In this document: one piece after another, positions 60,829-64,000 of the stretch
Layout of the letters: every line of letters starts with the position of its first letter
Position numbering within the stretch: the stretch's first letter is position 1
IMG/VR virus record: IMGVR_UViG_3300028563_000020
Span: 2,143-66,142 of that record
Origin: a virus
Taxonomy: Duplodnaviria; Caudoviricetes
Strand: one strand, 5' to 3'
Length of the DNA stretch: 64,000 nucleotides
The notes under the pieces: model-generated
The model's input: the letters and a program-made list of their open reading frames with translations, nothing else
Database searches by the model: none
Told to the model about the DNA's origin: nothing
Translations under genes and position numbers: made by a program

Positions 60829-62655
60829 ATGGCAAATATCATATCGTATAATTCAATGACTTTTAGTCAAATAAATGATGAACTCATTGCTCTTGTTAAA
60901 CAATATTATCCTGAAATACAAGATTTTAGTAGTTCAAGCATTGGAATGTTGTTATTGAATCTTAATAGTGCCGTTTCAAATAATTTACATGCAAGCCTTG
61001 ATAAATCATTTAATGAGACTCAGTTGAAGTACATGCAACTAAAAAGTTCATTATTAAGTAAGGCTGTTGATATGGGTTTAAATACAAGTATCACTGCGAA
61101 AAGAGGATCGGTTACACTTCTTGATATTCAGGCGGTTATACCAGTATTGGGCGATAAGCCAGACCAATCATACTACCCAACAATTCAGGCGGGTGCTCAA
61201 TTTATTGGTGCTGGTAAGACATTTGAGACATCATCAAATGTAGATTTTTCACAGCCGACTGATGCAATGGGAAACCCAAATGTAAAAATTACACCATTAT
61301 TAGATTCTAACGGAATTATAAGTGGCTATAATGTTACTAAACGTGAAATTGTGGTCAATGGAACTACAAATATATATAAAAAAATAATAACAAGTTCCGA
61401 ACAATTTTTTCAAATTACACTTCCAGACCCTGATGTTTTGGAAGTAACAAGTGTAATACTTTTAGATAGTACAAACTTCAGCTCAAATCCTTCATTCTCT
61501 GATTTTAACAATTCAACTAATAAATATTATGAAGTAGATAATTTAGCACAACAAAGAGTATTTGTTGAAAATACTAATATTAGTTCAATTTCTGGAATAA
61601 CTGCTGGAAAATGGATTAATATAACTAAAAAATTTGTTAAAGAGTATACACCAAATGGAGGATGCACCCTTACGTTTGGAGGAGGAAATCCAGACTTGGA
61701 CACGTTCAAAACTGGTATGATTAAAAATGGTGTAACTAATCAGGAATTTTTAAATAATTATCTTTTAAATACCTCATTAGGCGAAATGCTTAAGGCTAAT
61801 AGTACATTATTTATACAGTATAGAACTGGTGGCGGAAGCTCAACAAATATTGGAGCAAATACTATTACAAGTACTGGTTCTATTCAAATAAGTGTCAATG
61901 GATCAAGACAAGATTTCAATACACAAGTTCAAAGAAGTATAACTGTTAATAATCCTATTCAAGCTGTTGGCGGTACTGATGGCTTAAATATTGAGCAATT
62001 AAGAAATTTAATAAAATACAATTTCTCAAGTCAAAATAGAGATGTAACATTAACTGATTATCTTTTACAGGTATATAAAATGTCTGGAAAATATGGAGCA
62101 CCTTTTAGAGTAAATTCTTTTAAGGAAAATAATAAAGTTGTTATACCAATACTTGGGCTAGATGCTAATGGTAAATTAAGTAATATTAGTAGTTCATTAA
62201 TGAAACAAAATATTGCCAATTATCTTTCTAATTATAGAATGGTAAATGACTATATTGAAGTTAGAGATGGAGAAGTATTTGATCTTGCTATAGATATTGA
62301 TGCATATGTTGGTAATCAAAATAGTAATACTGAAATTTCTAATAATCTTATAACATTAACTACTAATTTCTTTGATATAAATGTACACCAGATGGCTGAA
62401 AATATTTATATCGGTGATTTAAATAATATATTATCTCAATCTGCTGGAGTAATAAATATACTTGGTATAAAGATATATAATAAGGTTGGTGGTAATTATT
62501 CAATGAATATTGTCCCACAGGCATTTTCTGATACTACAACAAATCAAATTAATCTTATTAATCAAACATTATATGCTGTTGAAGATTCTATGTTTCAAAT
62601 AAGATATCCAAGTAAGGATATTAGAGTATTTTTGAGAAAAAATACTAATTCTTAA
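60829..62655 (+). CDS. baseplate wedge protein, T4 gp6/BaseplateJ-like
   Basis: DFSSSSIGMLLL, LTFGGG, YRTGGG, GGTD, QNRDVTLTDY. Confidence 0.85.
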   Translation: MANIISYNSMTFSQINDELIALVKQYYPEIQDFSSSSIGMLLLNLNSAVSNNLHASLDKSFNETQLKYMQLKSSLLSKAVDMGLNTSITAKRGSVTLLDIQAVIPVLGDKPDQSYYPTIQAGAQFIGAGKTFETSSNVDFSQPTDAMGNPNVKITPLLDSNGIISGYNVTKREIVVNGTTNIYKKIITSSEQFFQITLPDPDVLEVTSVILLDSTNFSSNPSFSDFNNSTNKYYEVDNLAQQRVFVENTNISSISGITAGKWINITKKFVKEYTPNGGCTLTFGGGNPDLDTFKTGMIKNGVTNQEFLNNYLLNTSLGEMLKANSTLFIQYRTGGGSSTNIGANTITSTGSIQISVNGSRQDFNTQVQRSITVNNPIQAVGGTDGLNIEQLRNLIKYNFSSQNRDVTLTDYLLQVYKMSGKYGAPFRVNSFKENNKVVIPILGLDANGKLSNISSSLMKQNIANYLSNYRMVNDYIEVRDGEVFDLAIDIDAYVGNQNSNTEISNNLITLTTNFFDINVHQMAENIYIGDLNNILSQSAGVINILGIKIYNKVGGNYSMNIVPQAFSDTTTNQINLINQTLYAVEDSMFQIRYPSKDIRVFLRKNTNS

Positions 62656-62656
62656 G

Positions 62657-62941
62657 CTAGTATATTATTAGGTTAAAATCATTTTCTATTGTTTTTATGA
62701 AAAATGGTTTTAATTTATAAAACCAAATCAAATCTTTTTCAGATAAATTTTGAGTAAAACTATATCGATTTTCTTTATAATTTTCATTGTTTTTTACGAG
62801 AATACCCTGATGAAAATAGAATACTTCATCAAAAGGTTTAATTTTGTATGTTAAAACATTAGTGATATTACTATTAATGTTACTAATTATGTCTTCAACT
62901 GGAAGACATAATCTAATGCTTAGAATTTTACTGTTTTTCAT
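62657..62941 (-). CDS. hypothetical protein (paralog of 62953..63309)
   Basis: MKNSKILS N-terminus. Confidence 0.5.
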   Translation of the reverse strand: MKNSKILSIRLCLPVEDIISNINSNITNVLTYKIKPFDEVFYFHQGILVKNNENYKENRYSFTQNLSEKDLIWFYKLKPFFIKTIENDFNLIIY

Positions 62942-62952
62942 ATTATATATAT

Positions 62953-63309
62953 TTATAGTTGATTATGATCGCATATTCTTTGTATCATAATATAATTATT
63001 TATGCTATATATTTCAATACCACTTGTTTTAAGTAATTTATTTAAAATTATTGATAATTTTAAATCACGATTGCCATAATAAGAATTATAAAATTGTTTA
63101 AATTTTTCTCCGAAGATTTTATAGTCAATTAAATATTGACAATCATTTTCTAATAAATTATATTTTGCAATATATTTATTATTATAAAAATAAAAAATGA
63201 TATCACTAGCTTTTTTAAAATTAGAAAAGTCGATATTAATTAAAATATCTAATATTTGATCTATGTCTTGATAAATAATTTTAGCACTTAAAATTTCTGA
63301 ATTTTTCAT
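62953..63309 (-). CDS. hypothetical protein
   Basis: MKNSEILS N-terminus; TAAGTTTG promoter element on minus strand at 63328-63335. Confidence 0.55.
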   Translation of the reverse strand: MKNSEILSAKIIYQDIDQILDILINIDFSNFKKASDIIFYFYNNKYIAKYNLLENDCQYLIDYKIFGEKFKQFYNSYYGNRDLKLSIILNKLLKTSGIEIYSINNYIMIQRICDHNQL

Positions 63310-63386
63310 ATATATTATATTAAGCTACAAACTTACAAAATATATTTCTATTTACCAAACTTTTTAATAACTATTTATAGTTGATC

Positions 63387-64000
63387 ATGGAATACATCAA
63401 AAAAGTTTTTAAACAAATATTAACAACAGATACTACAAGTGGTTTAACTAGTAATCAATTTATTATTATACCTAATACAGGTGTTACATACAATTTTAAT
63501 GTATTATTATCTAAAGATAATGTTGATTTAGGCTTTTATGATACTATAGATGACATTAATGAAAATAATGATCCTGATTTTAATAGAAATTTTATAGTAA
63601 GTGGCTATACTGTCACTGGAACATGTGCAAGTAGGTTAAATGAAATTAAAAAGAATGCAATATCTCAAGTATTTTACAAACAATATTTTTATTCCATTGA
63701 TACTACAGCTAATGGCCTTGATGTATATGATTCATATTTTTATACTGGAAGTACATTAAGTAATCCAATGCCAATATTAGGTATAAGTGGAATCACAGGA
63801 GTAACACAATATTTATTGAAATATTATATCGATAAAATAAAATATATTGAATATTCAGGTAGTACTGCAACAGGTGTGACATTTAGTTTTATTAGCAATG
63901 GTTTGAATAATCCTGATAATTTTAACTATAATAAGCTTATTAAAGATGAAAATAAAAACAATGTTATTAATAATCCAGAAATTACTTCTGATGTATTTAT
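63387..64000 (+). CDS. structural protein, 3' truncated by window edge
   Basis: ATG 63387 after TATTTATA (63372); reads MEYIKKVFKQILTTDTTSG... and appears open to the end. Confidence 0.6.
   Translation, partial: MEYIKKVFKQILTTDTTSGLTSNQFIIIPNTGVTYNFNVLLSKDNVDLGFYDTIDDINENNDPDFNRNFIVSGYTVTGTCASRLNEIKKNAISQVFYKQYFYSIDTTANGLDVYDSYFYTGSTLSNPMPILGISGITGVTQYLLKYYIDKIKYIEYSGSTATGVTFSFISNGLNNPDNFNYNKLIKDENKNNVINNPEITSDVF

Noticed and set aside
1-64000. Alternative genetic code (stop-codon reassignment as in some large phages)
   Set aside because: Long conserved genes are uninterrupted in code 11, and TAG/TGA occur at plausible gene ends.

Overview
A very AT-rich 64-kb segment of a large (jumbo-type), T4-like myophage genome, standard genetic code. 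The host is probably a Bacteroidota species: TAnnTTTG promoters, A-rich translation starts with no Shine-Dalgarno, and a Bacteroidetes-type AraC gene. It carries replication genes (5'-3' exonuclease, DnaB/gp41-like helicase, SNF2 helicase, family B polymerase, QueC-like protein), a block of modular tail-fibre/appendage genes with a DUF3380 endolysin, baseplate gp25/gp6 homologues, three GIY-YIG endonucleases, TnpB and IscB(+omegaRNA) elements, putative virion-packaged polyproteins (ART+NUDIX; Acb1-like 2H phosphoesterase+HiPIP-like) and two DUF3494 ice-binding-domain genes. The most unusual locus (53.3-59.1 kb) is a compact, apparently chimeric CRISPR-Cas system: stand-alone Cas3, Cas7fv/Cas5fv-like (type I-F2) subunits and a non-Csy4 Cas6, with no cas1/2/8. 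It is paired with a 36-nt-repeat/30-nt-spacer array resembling type II-C/VI-B arrays, plus a one-spacer mini-array after cas6. Nearby are small genes that look like isolated fragments of the major capsid protein. All family assignments come from motif recognition by eye; no database searches were run.
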